From a virus, in the IMG/VR virus record IMGVR_UViG_3300035660_000002, positions 69,463 to 133,462 of that record: a DNA stretch of 64,000 bases, one strand, 5' to 3'. The notes below the pieces were generated by a model. That model had not been told where the DNA came from. It worked only from the letters and a program-made list of their open reading frames with translations, and did not search any database. A program made the position numbers and the translations under genes. Shown in pieces: positions 42,997-53,073 of this stretch (the first letter of the stretch is position 1; every line of letters starts with the position of its first letter).

Positions 42997-44700
42997 CTAT
43001 AATATCGTAAAGTTTTTCTCTATAAGTCTGGCTATCTGTTTTGTTGTAACCACAATGTCCCCCAGTTGATTCTGTTGATAGTAAGCCCTTATAACCTCCC
43101 CTGTGGCCGGAGGCGTTGCGATGGTGACAGATATGGCCCCTGTGCTATATACAATCGATCCTGTGACACCTGTGCCCGAGATAGTGCCTAATCCGTTATC
43201 TACCGCTATAAGCGCTGCGTCTTTATAGATCTTAACTGTATTTGGTGTTACCGGCAGAAGAAATAGCGGAACACCCAATTTATTGAACACTGTATCCCCG
43301 CCATCCCCCACTCCAAGTATCTCTCTGTGTCGTAATATTATATGTGTGTAGTCTACACCAACCACGTTCTCTATGGCATGAACCACATCCGATCCTCTAA
43401 TCGAAACTCCAAGCTTTGCTCCGGTACCGAGAGCAAACACGGCATCCAGTGCGGCACCTGCATTTGTCACAATCTGGCTGTCTTGGTAGGTATCCAACAC
43501 TTTTAGCTCCACATCTATCATCGTCTCGACAATATCCGCATTTTTGAAGTCAAGCCATACTGTAAGTTGCTCCTTGTTTATAAGTGCAGCCTCTATTGCT
43601 ATCTTGAATGCGTTGTCAGGATTAGTCCAGTTCTGCAAGAGGCACACGATCCACACCTTGTTAAACATAGTTATATTTGGAGGATATTCATCGCGTTCGC
43701 CCCACACGTATGCCGTCTGAACGCCGGGCATGTTCTCTATTATCGTGATATAGTCCTCTCTTGTTATGGCCCTATCCCCTGTCGAGAATACCAGTGGTGC
43801 CTCTCTTCGTATCTCTTCTGTATCCTCTGCGTCGTCACCTCCAAGGAATAGTGACGAGTTTTCCACGCTGATAAGACTTGTCACATCGTTCGGTGTCGGC
43901 GTGGCCGCATCAAATATGGTTCCCTCTATCGTATTTATCTGATACAGTGCATATACATTTCCGTCAGCACCGTCCGTCTCTATGAATTCTATATCAATTG
44001 TGGAGCTGTTAGGTGGAATTTTTCCAAATATGCCGTTTCCGAATATCAGATTGACCGTGTCATCCAACGCCGTCTCTTGCATGAAGTGCAAACTTTCCGA
44101 GTTGGATCCCACAAAGTTGTCCACCATTGTCCATTCTGCGTTGTCGATAACTACTCTGATCGTCTTGGCCAGTAGTCCCGAATCCTCGACATTGACATTA
44201 GAAATAGGTATAACCATGTCGGCAGTGCCGTCGGATGTCGAAGATTGAGTCCTAAGTTGTCCTTGTATGCCTTCTACTATAACGTTCAGTTGCCCTGCTC
44301 GCAATACTGCAAACTTCTTTACTATGAATTTCATGTTGGCTGCAGTCTTGACCACCAGTCCTTTCGGGAGATAAATATCATATGCGTATATGCTTCCGGA
44401 TAGTATCCTGAATTTAAGGTTTCCCTCAGAGGATGTCTTCCTCTTGGGACGGTAGTTAAGCAGACTCACCAGCCTCACCACCGATGATCTGTTCTGCGCT
44501 GTGTCTATGTACGACTCCTGTGCCCGTCTCTCCAGATAGTACATCATCATTTCTGTTACAAAGCTGAACAGCTCTATCAGCAAGTTGCCTGTGCCTGATT
44601 CGACATCGAGATCCTTCCACGAATCCTTCGTCTTCAGGATGCTGCGAAGCTGCTTTACCAGCGCGTCGTAGTTATACTGAGAAAAATCAAGTCTTGCCAT
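42997..44700 (-). CDS. Baseplate wedge subunit (T4 gp6 / baseplate J-like)
   Basis: LDFSQYNYDALVKQL...SGTGNLLIELFS...RAQESYIDTAQNRSSV; LIFGNGIFGKIP; GGDDAEDTEEIR..APL...DRAITREDY. Confidence 0.9.
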   Translation of the reverse strand: MARLDFSQYNYDALVKQLRSILKTKDSWKDLDVESGTGNLLIELFSFVTEMMMYYLERRAQESYIDTAQNRSSVVRLVSLLNYRPKRKTSSEGNLKFRILSGSIYAYDIYLPKGLVVKTAANMKFIVKKFAVLRAGQLNVIVEGIQGQLRTQSSTSDGTADMVIPISNVNVEDSGLLAKTIRVVIDNAEWTMVDNFVGSNSESLHFMQETALDDTVNLIFGNGIFGKIPPNSSTIDIEFIETDGADGNVYALYQINTIEGTIFDAATPTPNDVTSLISVENSSLFLGGDDAEDTEEIRREAPLVFSTGDRAITREDYITIIENMPGVQTAYVWGERDEYPPNITMFNKVWIVCLLQNWTNPDNAFKIAIEAALINKEQLTVWLDFKNADIVETMIDVELKVLDTYQDSQIVTNAGAALDAVFALGTGAKLGVSIRGSDVVHAIENVVGVDYTHIILRHREILGVGDGGDTVFNKLGVPLFLLPVTPNTVKIYKDAALIAVDNGLGTISGTGVTGSIVYSTGAISVTIATPPATGEVIRAYYQQNQLGDIVVTTKQIARLIEKNFTIL

Positions 44701-44709
44701 TGGTATCTC

Positions 44710-45102
44710 CTATATCTTAAACACTTTGTCGTATCTGAAAACTTGCGAATACCCTCTGATGTACATCTCCATCCGGATGAACACGGTCTGGTTATCCCTG
44801 TCTGTCGTAAAATCAAGCGTTTCGATCTTCACTCTGGGTTCCCACGTCTCTATCGCATCTCGAAGTGTATCTATGAACTGCGCCTTCAAAAAATCTTCTT
44901 GTATAGGCTCAAACAACATGCTCAAAAAGTTTACGGCGAATGTCCTCATCATGCATCTTTCGCCTTTTATGACAAGCATTATGTTCTCGAGCGACGCGTA
45001 TACGGCCTCCACGTTCTTCACGATCGTGGGCTGCCCATCGGCTCCCATCTTCAGGTCCGGGTGCAGGTCACTCCATATTATCTGTTCTGTCAATACTGCC
45101 AT
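44710..45102 (-). CDS. Baseplate wedge protein gp25/GPW-like
   Basis: WSDL...NVEAVYASLENIM...GER.M..F...LFEP...AIETWEPRV. Confidence 0.88.
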   Translation of the reverse strand: MAVLTEQIIWSDLHPDLKMGADGQPTIVKNVEAVYASLENIMLVIKGERCMMRTFAVNFLSMLFEPIQEDFLKAQFIDTLRDAIETWEPRVKIETLDFTTDRDNQTVFIRMEMYIRGYSQVFRYDKVFKI

Positions 45103-45105
45103 AAG

Positions 45106-45372
45106 TTACTCCACGTATACTTGTCTGTCTATTGGAAGCATCATTGCCCCACATCCGGCAATCGCCCCTTCGGTGACGATCAACTTGCCATTGATCGTTT
45201 CTCTTGTCGTTATAGCAGCCACAGGTGTCACACCATGCCCAGGAATCGGACAATCATGCATGCAACCATGTACTGCAATCGGAAACATACGCACCTCGGC
45301 TCTGTTGTCCTGGTTCGACGTGACTATCGTTCCTCCATGATCACTAACGTCGCTTAGGCAAGCTATTCTCAT
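45106..45372 (-). CDS. PAAR-motif spike tip protein
   Basis: ACLSDVSDHGGTIV...GCMHDCPIPGHG...INGK..VTEGAIAGCGA. Confidence 0.88.
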   Translation of the reverse strand: MRIACLSDVSDHGGTIVTSNQDNRAEVRMFPIAVHGCMHDCPIPGHGVTPVAAITTRETINGKLIVTEGAIAGCGAMMLPIDRQVYVE

Positions 45373-46562
45373 ATGCCACTCAAAACTTTAATGAAACCTA
45401 TATTAGATTGAACATTTGCCACAGTCTGCCCAAGCTGTTTGAAATCCATCAGTCCCCCAACGTACGATCCTACTTTACTGCAGTTAACTCCACTTGCCAT
45501 GGTCACTCCATCTTTAATGATGTCCATCGCAGACGACCCGGGAACTAAGTTATTCACGACAAATTTCCAATCTGAAAAGGCCCCTATGCTTCCTATGCTA
45601 GGCAATATGTTCTGAAATCCGATCCCATCATGCACAAATAGTCCATCCCTCGCAAAAGTAATAGCATTTTGAACTAACGGTTGATTGATTGCCATCTGGA
45701 ATATATTATTCGTTGCGAAGTTCCCCAACAGTGAGCTGGGGTTGAATTTCATCATCATCGTGAACTTGTCCGTCAGTGTCCCGAGAACCTTGCTGATGCC
45801 CCCGAACGCTCCCACGCCTGCTGCCCCCGATAGAAATTTGAACGTACTCAAGCCATTCAATGAGGATACTGCGACAGATCCTACTCCTGCGGGCGACCAC
45901 CCCGTAAGGCTTGTACACAAATCTGCCATCAACCCTTCATTCACTTTCAAAAGACCATCTATCGTGATAATAGGAGCACCTATGGAAAGTTCTGTGGAGG
46001 AGTATAAATTCACAGCGGTCGCTCCGATAACAGAGACGTTTTTCATTGCCATTACGTTGACATTCCCCTTGGCGCTGATACCGACGTCTTTCTCTGAACT
46101 TACCACCACAGACCCTTCCGCATCAATATTTATAGTCGTTCCGGATTTATGCGTAATATTTATTCTGGTTCTATCCACATAGAATATATGACCATCCTCA
46201 GTCTGCCACACCACGCTGTATGGATAATCTGTGTCCTTGCCTGCCGGTAACCCCTTTACTCCATTGGATGCCTCCGCAAAGTACACGGGCTGCATCGGAT
46301 CACCCATCTCAAAGAACACCCATACCTCTGCGCCTACTCGCGGCACGGCAAAGAATCCAAATCCGCTTCCTGCCCCACCATGTATCGGAAACGCAGGCAC
46401 GGCCCAAGGCAACGCGTCGTTGACGATAGTGCTGTTATGCATCATGGGACGTATCCGTATCCGGACTCTTCCGAGCGTTAACGGGTCGGCCGTGTCCTCG
46501 ACCACTCCTCTATACTTGCCCATGTACTTCTTTGATGTTCTTTTTATTGTGTTGGATATCAT
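45369..46562 (-). CDS. Central spike protein (gp5/gpV-like OB fold + beta helix) with a long C-terminal extension
   Basis: YRGVVEDTADPLTLGRVRIR...LPWA...FAVPRVGAEVWVFFEMGDPMQPVY; HKSGTTINIDAEG beta-helix; no lysozyme domain. Confidence 0.88.
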   Translation of the reverse strand: MISNTIKRTSKKYMGKYRGVVEDTADPLTLGRVRIRIRPMMHNSTIVNDALPWAVPAFPIHGGAGSGFGFFAVPRVGAEVWVFFEMGDPMQPVYFAEASNGVKGLPAGKDTDYPYSVVWQTEDGHIFYVDRTRINITHKSGTTINIDAEGSVVVSSEKDVGISAKGNVNVMAMKNVSVIGATAVNLYSSTELSIGAPIITIDGLLKVNEGLMADLCTSLTGWSPAGVGSVAVSSLNGLSTFKFLSGAAGVGAFGGISKVLGTLTDKFTMMMKFNPSSLLGNFATNNIFQMAINQPLVQNAITFARDGLFVHDGIGFQNILPSIGSIGAFSDWKFVVNNLVPGSSAMDIIKDGVTMASGVNCSKVGSYVGGLMDFKQLGQTVANVQSNIGFIKVLSGI

Positions 46563-47779
46563 AGTATCTTCGCCATCGGCGCTCTCTGTAATGTGGTATC
46601 CACCTCCGAGTCAACGCCTGGTCTTGTGACCAGCAGCTTTGTGAGGTATGTGTTTGATATGTGATGCACGATTCGTTCTATCATCCAAAATCCTGTATAT
46701 TGATAGTTCATCATCTCCGCAGGATCCTCTGTAAATACTACCTTAATAAGATCACCACACGATAATTCGGTAGTACCCATGGTTGTAATCCACTGCTTCA
46801 CGAGAGAGTTGATCTTTTTGTAGTACCTGCCCTTCAATACCGGCTTCCAGTCGGGCACCATCTCGTTTGTCCTGCCCAGCTCTTGCTGTGTTATGCCTAC
46901 AGTATTTATTGTCGGATCGTGCGCAAAGTATTTCGACAGAGATGTAAAGATTGCTTCCTCTATTGGTATCTCGTCATCGACCTGTACTCCTGTCATCCAG
47001 TTGAAGTAGCTATACGACTGCTTACCTATTCCTAAAATATTCAAAGGCTCGAAGTTGTCTATGCCCTCAAAGTTATATAAAGGCATCATGATACCATCCG
47101 GCATCTTCGTCATCTTTATGACCTTCTTCGCCTGTTGTTTCAAAAGGGATGTCAATGATCTAAAGTTGAGTCTGGGATCGCCTTTTGTATCAACATCCAC
47201 GAACGCGAAGTACCCTGTCTCGCCAAAGCTCTGCGCCACCCTGTCAGCGAGGTACTGCAGGAACATGGCATTGTTCCATTGAGGCTGCACTATCGATACC
47301 ACCTGGGTTAGTCCCGGATCGAATCGGTATGACGCTATGCCCATGCTCGCGCCTATGTCCTCAAGGATACTCTGTATTGATGTCTTAACCCACCCCTTTT
47401 GATACTGCGGGGAGAACACATTAGGAACATCCAACAGCCCTGTAAACTTAACCATGTTTGCAATTTCAGTGTACATCTCAGGTTTTCTTCTGTATATCCT
47501 GAACCGCATATCCTTGCCTTCATATGGAGTTTCGTTATCCATCGCAAAGGAGAATGTCATCGTATTGTGCATGGAATCAGTCAAAGTTTTATGTGTCAGT
47601 ATGCCTCTCGCATCCTTGAACGTAACCGTAAAGGCCGGCAGTATTCTATCAATGTATTCTATTATATCAATGGCCGTGAACGACTCGGGGGACACCGTTA
47701 CGTCCTGCTTCCCGATCCGTACTCGCAGTCGGTAGTTTCCTGCTATGCCTAATTGTGGTTGCCCTACAAAAGTGCCCAT
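46559..47779 (-). CDS. Baseplate hub protein (gp27/gpD-like)
   Basis: Position before gp5; SIVQPQWNNAMFLQYLA; G..ELSCGDLI...YTGFWMIERIVH.I...Y.T.L.VTR. Confidence 0.7.
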   Translation of the reverse strand: MGTFVGQPQLGIAGNYRLRVRIGKQDVTVSPESFTAIDIIEYIDRILPAFTVTFKDARGILTHKTLTDSMHNTMTFSFAMDNETPYEGKDMRFRIYRRKPEMYTEIANMVKFTGLLDVPNVFSPQYQKGWVKTSIQSILEDIGASMGIASYRFDPGLTQVVSIVQPQWNNAMFLQYLADRVAQSFGETGYFAFVDVDTKGDPRLNFRSLTSLLKQQAKKVIKMTKMPDGIMMPLYNFEGIDNFEPLNILGIGKQSYSYFNWMTGVQVDDEIPIEEAIFTSLSKYFAHDPTINTVGITQQELGRTNEMVPDWKPVLKGRYYKKINSLVKQWITTMGTTELSCGDLIKVVFTEDPAEMMNYQYTGFWMIERIVHHISNTYLTKLLVTRPGVDSEVDTTLQRAPMAKIL

Positions 47780-47781
47780 AA

Positions 47782-48102
47782 TTACCTCTTACGAAAACGT
47801 TTATAGAAATCGTAAATATCCAGCATATTCGGAACTGTTATCAATGTACCCACTGCCATGTCAGCGGCTATGTTGTTGATCTGGTTGACAAGACATAGCA
47901 CCCACCACAATCTCTCTTCGCCATAAACCTTGAACGATATGTTATCCGGCACCGGTATGTCGGTGTTCATTATTCTGTAATATAATGCGTCGTTGTTCAG
48001 CACAAACTTGGTAATGCTGTTATCCAGGAAGTCTAATTCCTTCCTAAGCACACCATCCCCCACATCTGCGGTGACTTCTGCGTATAGTTTCGTTCTATCG
48101 AT
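47782..48102 (-). CDS. Baseplate wedge protein gp53/LysM-like; frame extends to an ATC codon at 48102
   Basis: YYRI...PDNISFKVYG..RLWWVLCLVNQI.N...D..VGTLITVP; upstream in-frame (I)DRTKLYAEV behind RBS GAGGTG. Confidence 0.75.
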   Translation of the reverse strand: MDRTKLYAEVTADVGDGVLRKELDFLDNSITKFVLNNDALYYRIMNTDIPVPDNISFKVYGEERLWWVLCLVNQINNIAADMAVGTLITVPNMLDIYDFYKRFRKR

Positions 48103-48111
48103 GGTACACCT

Positions 48112-48864
48112 CTATTTTCCGCTCGGCATTTGTGCGCTGCCTACAGCCTCTGCAAGACTGCCTATGTCAACTTGTACTCCAGCTATCTGCTTTATGTCGC
48201 TGTATGCGTGATCCAACACCTGCTTCGTGACTATCTCGTATGTCTCAAAATACACGATCGCTGATCCTGCTATAGGTTTCCCCGGCTGTTCTGCCGACAG
48301 TCTTGTGGAGAACGAAGTCTCGATTCGGTGAATTACCACCTTCTTAAAGCTTAATATATTTCCAATCTGAATTTTTATATTGTCTCCCACCATATCCCAA
48401 AATGCTGACGGCCCTGGGGACACTAACAAACCTCTGGTAGGATCATCCGGAGCGGCCATTTTTTGTAATGTCCTGATTGGTGTTATCACATCCACGTTTG
48501 CGTCATAGTCTGCCATGAAAATCATTTTAACTTTCAACTGAAGAGGTGTCGTTCCTCTCCATATTCTTCTTGATGTGACTGCCAGTTGAAGAGACCTGCC
48601 AGCAACTTGCGCCAAATTCTCAGCCCATTTTCCTAAGTCCCCCGCACGCGTACCATCGTATATGGGCTCCCATCTCGACTCTATCGCCATATCTATGGAT
48701 TCCTGCATCTTCGCCACAACCGTTCCAGCCCTATCTGAACTAATCGTGATCCTGTACTCAGGTGGGATGTCCTGCATCTGGCGAGCCATCTTTTCCATGA
48801 TCACCTGCTTCGCCGTCACTATCACAAATCCTTGAACTGCGCTGCTCCAATCACCTAAAGCCAT
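48112..48864 (-). CDS. Baseplate/tail-tube initiator-like protein (gp48/gp54-like)
   Basis: Position after the tape measure; RRIWRGTTPLQLKVKMIF; IQIGNILSFKKVVIHRIETSF. Confidence 0.55.
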   Translation of the reverse strand: MALGDWSSAVQGFVIVTAKQVIMEKMARQMQDIPPEYRITISSDRAGTVVAKMQESIDMAIESRWEPIYDGTRAGDLGKWAENLAQVAGRSLQLAVTSRRIWRGTTPLQLKVKMIFMADYDANVDVITPIRTLQKMAAPDDPTRGLLVSPGPSAFWDMVGDNIKIQIGNILSFKKVVIHRIETSFSTRLSAEQPGKPIAGSAIVYFETYEIVTKQVLDHAYSDIKQIAGVQVDIGSLAEAVGSAQMPSGK

Positions 48865-50685
48865 TTATTGCCTCTCATCGTCTAGTCCGCCCTTGTTCAA
48901 CTCATCTACAAAGCTGTCTCCTGAATCATATGGTATGGGCACAGGAGCCGAATGTGCTGTCATAGGCGCTCCTATTCCTTTGATCATCTCCCCCATTTTC
49001 TCGCCAAGACCCTTTACCGCATCCGTAAGCTTTTTGCTCTCCTCTACGGCAAGTTGTTGTACAGTATGAAATGCGCTCTCTGCAGCTTTAGGTATTCCAA
49101 AGACTTCTGCCTTCTTTCTGCCTTCGGCTGCGGCCGCTTCTCCCAATGCTCCTATCGGGCCCGCCGTTGCCATCTTCATAATACCTGCCGGAGTAGCTAA
49201 AAATTCTATTCCTCTTTTTATCCTGTCTCCGCCAATCGCTCCAAAGGCTAATCCCGCTACTGCGCCAGGCAGAATCCCCGCCACATTCCCAATCGCAAAT
49301 CCTGCCAGAGCCCCTTTGACTGTATTTGATAATATGTTTTCAATACCACCCTTTTGCCCTAACCCCGGGCCGCCTCCTAAGCCATGTCCTATAACCGCAG
49401 CCACTTTTTTTCCTAAAGGTGCGTTTTCTCCTTCTTCCTTCAATCCTTTATAAGCATCCATACCAATCATATACGCTGCCGCAGTACCGGCACCTATACG
49501 AGCTATCCATGTCAACAACCCCCAAGGAATTTTGCCGAACCAGTTTATGTTTGTGTCTCCTTTTCCTTCCGGTCCTGAAATACCTCTTATCCCTGCCGTT
49601 TTCTCGAGCAGTTCAATTACTCTCTTTGTCCACTTAGATTCGTATGCCTGCTTCATAAAGAATGCGGCCATGCCTAAAGTTACCGCGCCTGCCATCCCCT
49701 GTGCCGCCAAGCCGCCAACCGATGCCTCCGGTACTCCGGGCCTTCTTTTTACAAACTTTCCTGTCTCGGGATCCCTACCGGGCCACTGAATTCCTCCCAT
49801 CGCCTCCGCAGTTTTAGGAGCTATGCCCGCCTCTCCTGCATGAATCTGCTCCAACGTCTGCGGACCTCCCCCTGTAGGTAGTCCCATGCGTTGTCTTTCA
49901 AAGACACTCTTGAACCCATCCAGACCTGCATCAAGAGTTCCCATCTCTTTAAATGTCTGTCCTACTGTCAGTTTCGCCATATTAATATATTCTTTTTTCT
50001 TTCTGCGCTCTTCAAAGTAGCTACGTAGTGCCGTTGCGACTTTAAATGTTCCTGTGATAGCTCCTGTCGCTATCGGGGCAAATGGGCCCAAGAGAGCCGC
50101 CATGCCCACATCACCAATGCCGCCCCATTCCCCAGGCATTCCCATGGATAGCTTCCCGAATGCTCCAGTCGCTACACGAAAGGGTTCGGTTTTGCGGTAC
50201 GCCTTTCGTACATGACCCGCCAACCCACCTTCTCCTTCTTGTATCCGTTTTATCCTTTCCGTGATCAAATAAGAAGCAGACTGCGCTGCCGAAATCTGCT
50301 GATCTACCACCTGTGCTATTCCACGCATCTTCTCCTTCAGCTCCGCATCCGCCGCTATTCCCGCAAGCACTTTCATCACTTGACCGTGCATCTCAGGGAA
50401 TAGTCCAGCCGCTTCTTCTACTTCTTTATCTCCTGCTATGGATCTTTCCCCCACCATCATCGGAAGCAACGCCACAACTCTCTTCATCATAGGAAGAGCC
50501 GTATTGATATCCGTCTGAAGCTCCGCGTTGGTCGTATTCTTCATGGCCAATCCGAACAATCTTGGCAAATCCTCTCCATATTTAACGGATGCCGCAATCA
50601 GCATCTTCCTGCTCAACGGATCAAGCTCAAGATAGCTGGCCATTTCGTCCAAATTGGCTTTCCAGTCTTTTCTTTCGGTCACCAT
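48865..50685 (-). CDS. Probable tape measure protein, 606 aa
   Basis: Ala/Gly-rich helical protein with hydrophobic segments, directly after the tail chaperones. Confidence 0.6.
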   Translation of the reverse strand: MVTERKDWKANLDEMASYLELDPLSRKMLIAASVKYGEDLPRLFGLAMKNTTNAELQTDINTALPMMKRVVALLPMMVGERSIAGDKEVEEAAGLFPEMHGQVMKVLAGIAADAELKEKMRGIAQVVDQQISAAQSASYLITERIKRIQEGEGGLAGHVRKAYRKTEPFRVATGAFGKLSMGMPGEWGGIGDVGMAALLGPFAPIATGAITGTFKVATALRSYFEERRKKKEYINMAKLTVGQTFKEMGTLDAGLDGFKSVFERQRMGLPTGGGPQTLEQIHAGEAGIAPKTAEAMGGIQWPGRDPETGKFVKRRPGVPEASVGGLAAQGMAGAVTLGMAAFFMKQAYESKWTKRVIELLEKTAGIRGISGPEGKGDTNINWFGKIPWGLLTWIARIGAGTAAAYMIGMDAYKGLKEEGENAPLGKKVAAVIGHGLGGGPGLGQKGGIENILSNTVKGALAGFAIGNVAGILPGAVAGLAFGAIGGDRIKRGIEFLATPAGIMKMATAGPIGALGEAAAAEGRKKAEVFGIPKAAESAFHTVQQLAVEESKKLTDAVKGLGEKMGEMIKGIGAPMTAHSAPVPIPYDSGDSFVDELNKGGLDDERQ

Positions 50686-50904
50686 TTATTGTTGCCTGCC
50701 TTTAAGTTCCTTCTTCTTCGTTTCGAGCAATTTACCTTGCATCCACTCTATGTCAAATGTGTACATGTCCATAACATCATTCCACTGTTGCCCCGCGTAG
50801 TAACACAGTTCAAATATGATATCCAAGAGATTCTGCAACGAGGGCACCTGCTGGAAATAGTAGGTCAATCCGAAACGGTACCGGCGTCTTGCCGGTCCCT
50901 CCAC
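50686..50904 (-). CDS. Second tail-chaperone segment (gp51/gpT-like), overlapping the chaperone in the +1 frame
   Basis: LQNLLDIIFELCYYAGQQWNDVMDMYTFDIEWMQGKLLETKKKE; no clear RBS or start; overlaps 50810-50904. Confidence 0.55.
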   Translation of the reverse strand: MEGPARRRYRFGLTYYFQQVPSLQNLLDIIFELCYYAGQQWNDVMDMYTFDIEWMQGKLLETKKKELKGRQQ

Positions 50905-51538
50905 AATGTTTGCAGGTGTATGAAGCGTTCATGTCAACCCCATGATAATACTTTTCCAAGAACGCTCTAATGAGATCAATATCCTGTAGTGACATCCCGT
51001 TCAAGCGCTCCACCTTCTTATCAATCGTTTCATCCCCCACAACCACCTGGGCTAACTTGAAGATGATATCATCCTCTTTCTTGGCCTCAATATAGTCCAT
51101 GTACTGAATCTGATCATCAACCCTGTATAGTCGAAGCAGCACAGACTCCCCGTTTGGGAGCTTGAGGGAATATGGTTCTTGAAAATCGTCAGGTAGGAGA
51201 ACCTTCTCGAGCTTACCAAGGTCTACTTTGTAATCTTTGTCCGTTCGGAAGCAATGCTCGCACATCAGTTCTATCGGAAACAGATTACTGTGGCAGTTTA
51301 GCGTAAGCCATATTACTATGTAGATCCTGTCCCCAATCGTGAGACGCCCCGGCTCGATTCCACGGAGGATGTTCTTTAGCAACAGCTTAAACTTCTTCTC
51401 AAAGTTTGCGGTGGTTGCCTCACCGATGATCTTGAGATCCTTGCCTTTCAGCATCCTGATTTCCACCTTGCTGACGCCCTCGCTCTTATACGGTATCAGC
51501 TTCGATGGAAGATTTAGCTCAAAATAATTCTCTTCCAT
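50810..51538 (-). CDS. Tail/baseplate-hub assembly chaperone (T4 gp26-like)
   Basis: FELNLPSK...EIRMLKGKD...LTIGDRIYIVIWL...CEHC...VDL; C-term CKHCGG. Confidence 0.8.
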   Translation of the reverse strand: MEENYFELNLPSKLIPYKSEGVSKVEIRMLKGKDLKIIGEATTANFEKKFKLLLKNILRGIEPGRLTIGDRIYIVIWLTLNCHSNLFPIELMCEHCFRTDKDYKVDLGKLEKVLLPDDFQEPYSLKLPNGESVLLRLYRVDDQIQYMDYIEAKKEDDIIFKLAQVVVGDETIDKKVERLNGMSLQDIDLIRAFLEKYYHGVDMNASYTCKHCGGTGKTPVPFRIDLLFPAGALVAESLGYHI

Positions 51539-51560
51539 TGTGCACCTCCCCTTTTATTTA

Positions 51561-52499
51561 TCATATGAAAGCCGCCGGCAAATCTTTTGGCGCCGCCAAC
51601 GGATTCAGATTATTCCTTTCCAAAATAGCCGCAGTCACCTCCGCATCTGTCAATGTGCTCGCCGCAAGTGGGGGAGTCCATTGCACAGGCACATTTACTT
51701 TCACGGTCTCTACTGCGGCCGCCAAAGGCCTGCTGTTATAATTATCGATCATCTCCTGTGTTATTTGGTAATCCTCCAAATCTTTCGGAATCACTGTCGG
51801 AGCTTTCTGCCTCTCTTCTATTGCCGCTTCCGATATTATTGAAGTTGATCCCCACGATGATGTGCCTTGATTCACACCCCCTGGCTTTTCTTTTACTACC
51901 TCGCTGAGTATATTACTCGCAAGACTCTGACCGAACGATAGCAATTCCGCTCCCACGTTCTCCGCTAGCTCTGATCCCAGTATCCCCTCTTCTACCATGT
52001 CACATGCAAAGGGCACTTCGATCTGTTGTATCGTGTTTTCCTTGTAGCTTAGTGCTGCATCATAGAACTTTAATGGGAATGCGTTCCTGAAGTTAACCAC
52101 TCTTAAAGGAATGCCCTCTGCCGTCAAATAAGTAAGCGTTATGTTCTTTGCGTATCCGTTGAGCTTCTTGCGCCATAGTCCTTTATTCGTCAGCATGAGG
52201 CTACGCCATGCGTTCAGGTACAGCCTCACTGCACCTTCCTCTGTCTCGAGAAAGATTATTTTAAGAACAGGATCCTGCAGATCATTCACGTAGAACAACT
52301 TGTACGCCCCACTTCTCATAGATGTGGGCTCTTTCATAACATAGTCGCTATACGTGATATCCTGTATCGTAGGAGCCACAAGTTCCCCCGGCACCCATCC
52401 CACTTGAGGTAGCAGTACTTCAAAGCCGTACGATCTTTGAAACCTTCGTACGCTTAATACTGCTATGTCCCTGTTTATCGCAGATAACGATAAAGGCAT
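51561..52499 (-). CDS. Tail-tube-fold protein (second gp19-like / tube initiator)
   Basis: FQRSYGFEV...LKIIFLET...Y..AWR.L...YAKNITL...FRNAFPL...LSY...IEVPF.CD. Confidence 0.6.
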   Translation of the reverse strand: MPLSLSAINRDIAVLSVRRFQRSYGFEVLLPQVGWVPGELVAPTIQDITYSDYVMKEPTSMRSGAYKLFYVNDLQDPVLKIIFLETEEGAVRLYLNAWRSLMLTNKGLWRKKLNGYAKNITLTYLTAEGIPLRVVNFRNAFPLKFYDAALSYKENTIQQIEVPFACDMVEEGILGSELAENVGAELLSFGQSLASNILSEVVKEKPGGVNQGTSSWGSTSIISEAAIEERQKAPTVIPKDLEDYQITQEMIDNYNSRPLAAAVETVKVNVPVQWTPPLAASTLTDAEVTAAILERNNLNPLAAPKDLPAAFI

Positions 52500-52551
52500 G
52501 CTATGCTACCACCTTCTCTTTTTCAGCTTTATATGCTACCTCATCAAACAT

Positions 52552-53073
52552 CTATGCGCTCATTTCTTCCCATCTATCATAAGCAAAAGTTACATCATAC
52601 TTCGCTGATTCGTTGATCTCGTACCCTAACGGCAGCGCCACCTTCTCCTGCGGGTACATCCCCACAAGCTTTATCCTCTTCGCAACTGTGCCTTTGGTGC
52701 TAAGCAGTGTCAACACCGCATCCGTCTTCAGATCCGGATCCCCGAGGCCTGTGCCCGCAACATTGTCGCGAACGAGTCTCATCCAGGACTGGATCGCCTC
52801 GTATGTCTTGGCATCCTCACCTTCCTGTATCTTCACCGTCAGCATATGTGAGTATACTTCCTTGCCCGGCACCACCATGCCTCCTGTTCCTTTGAAGGGG
52901 ATTAGGATTGGGTCGAATCGTCTGCCCGGCTCTTCGAGCGATGTTGCTCTTATGATCCATATGTCCGATGATCCCAATCCTTTAGGAGCCGGTATTTCAA
53001 ACTCCCACAAAAACGTTCTCTGCGGATTCGTAAGGTTATTCCTTAACGCATCCATTCCCATTAAGTTCGACAT
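52552..53073 (-). CDS. Tail tube protein (T4 gp19-like)
   Basis: NPQRTFLWEFEI...ATSLEEPG...PGKEVY...W...KLVGMYPQ...LGY...YDVTFAYDRWE. Confidence 0.85.
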   Translation of the reverse strand: MSNLMGMDALRNNLTNPQRTFLWEFEIPAPKGLGSSDIWIIRATSLEEPGRRFDPILIPFKGTGGMVVPGKEVYSHMLTVKIQEGEDAKTYEAIQSWMRLVRDNVAGTGLGDPDLKTDAVLTLLSTKGTVAKRIKLVGMYPQEKVALPLGYEINESAKYDVTFAYDRWEEMSA

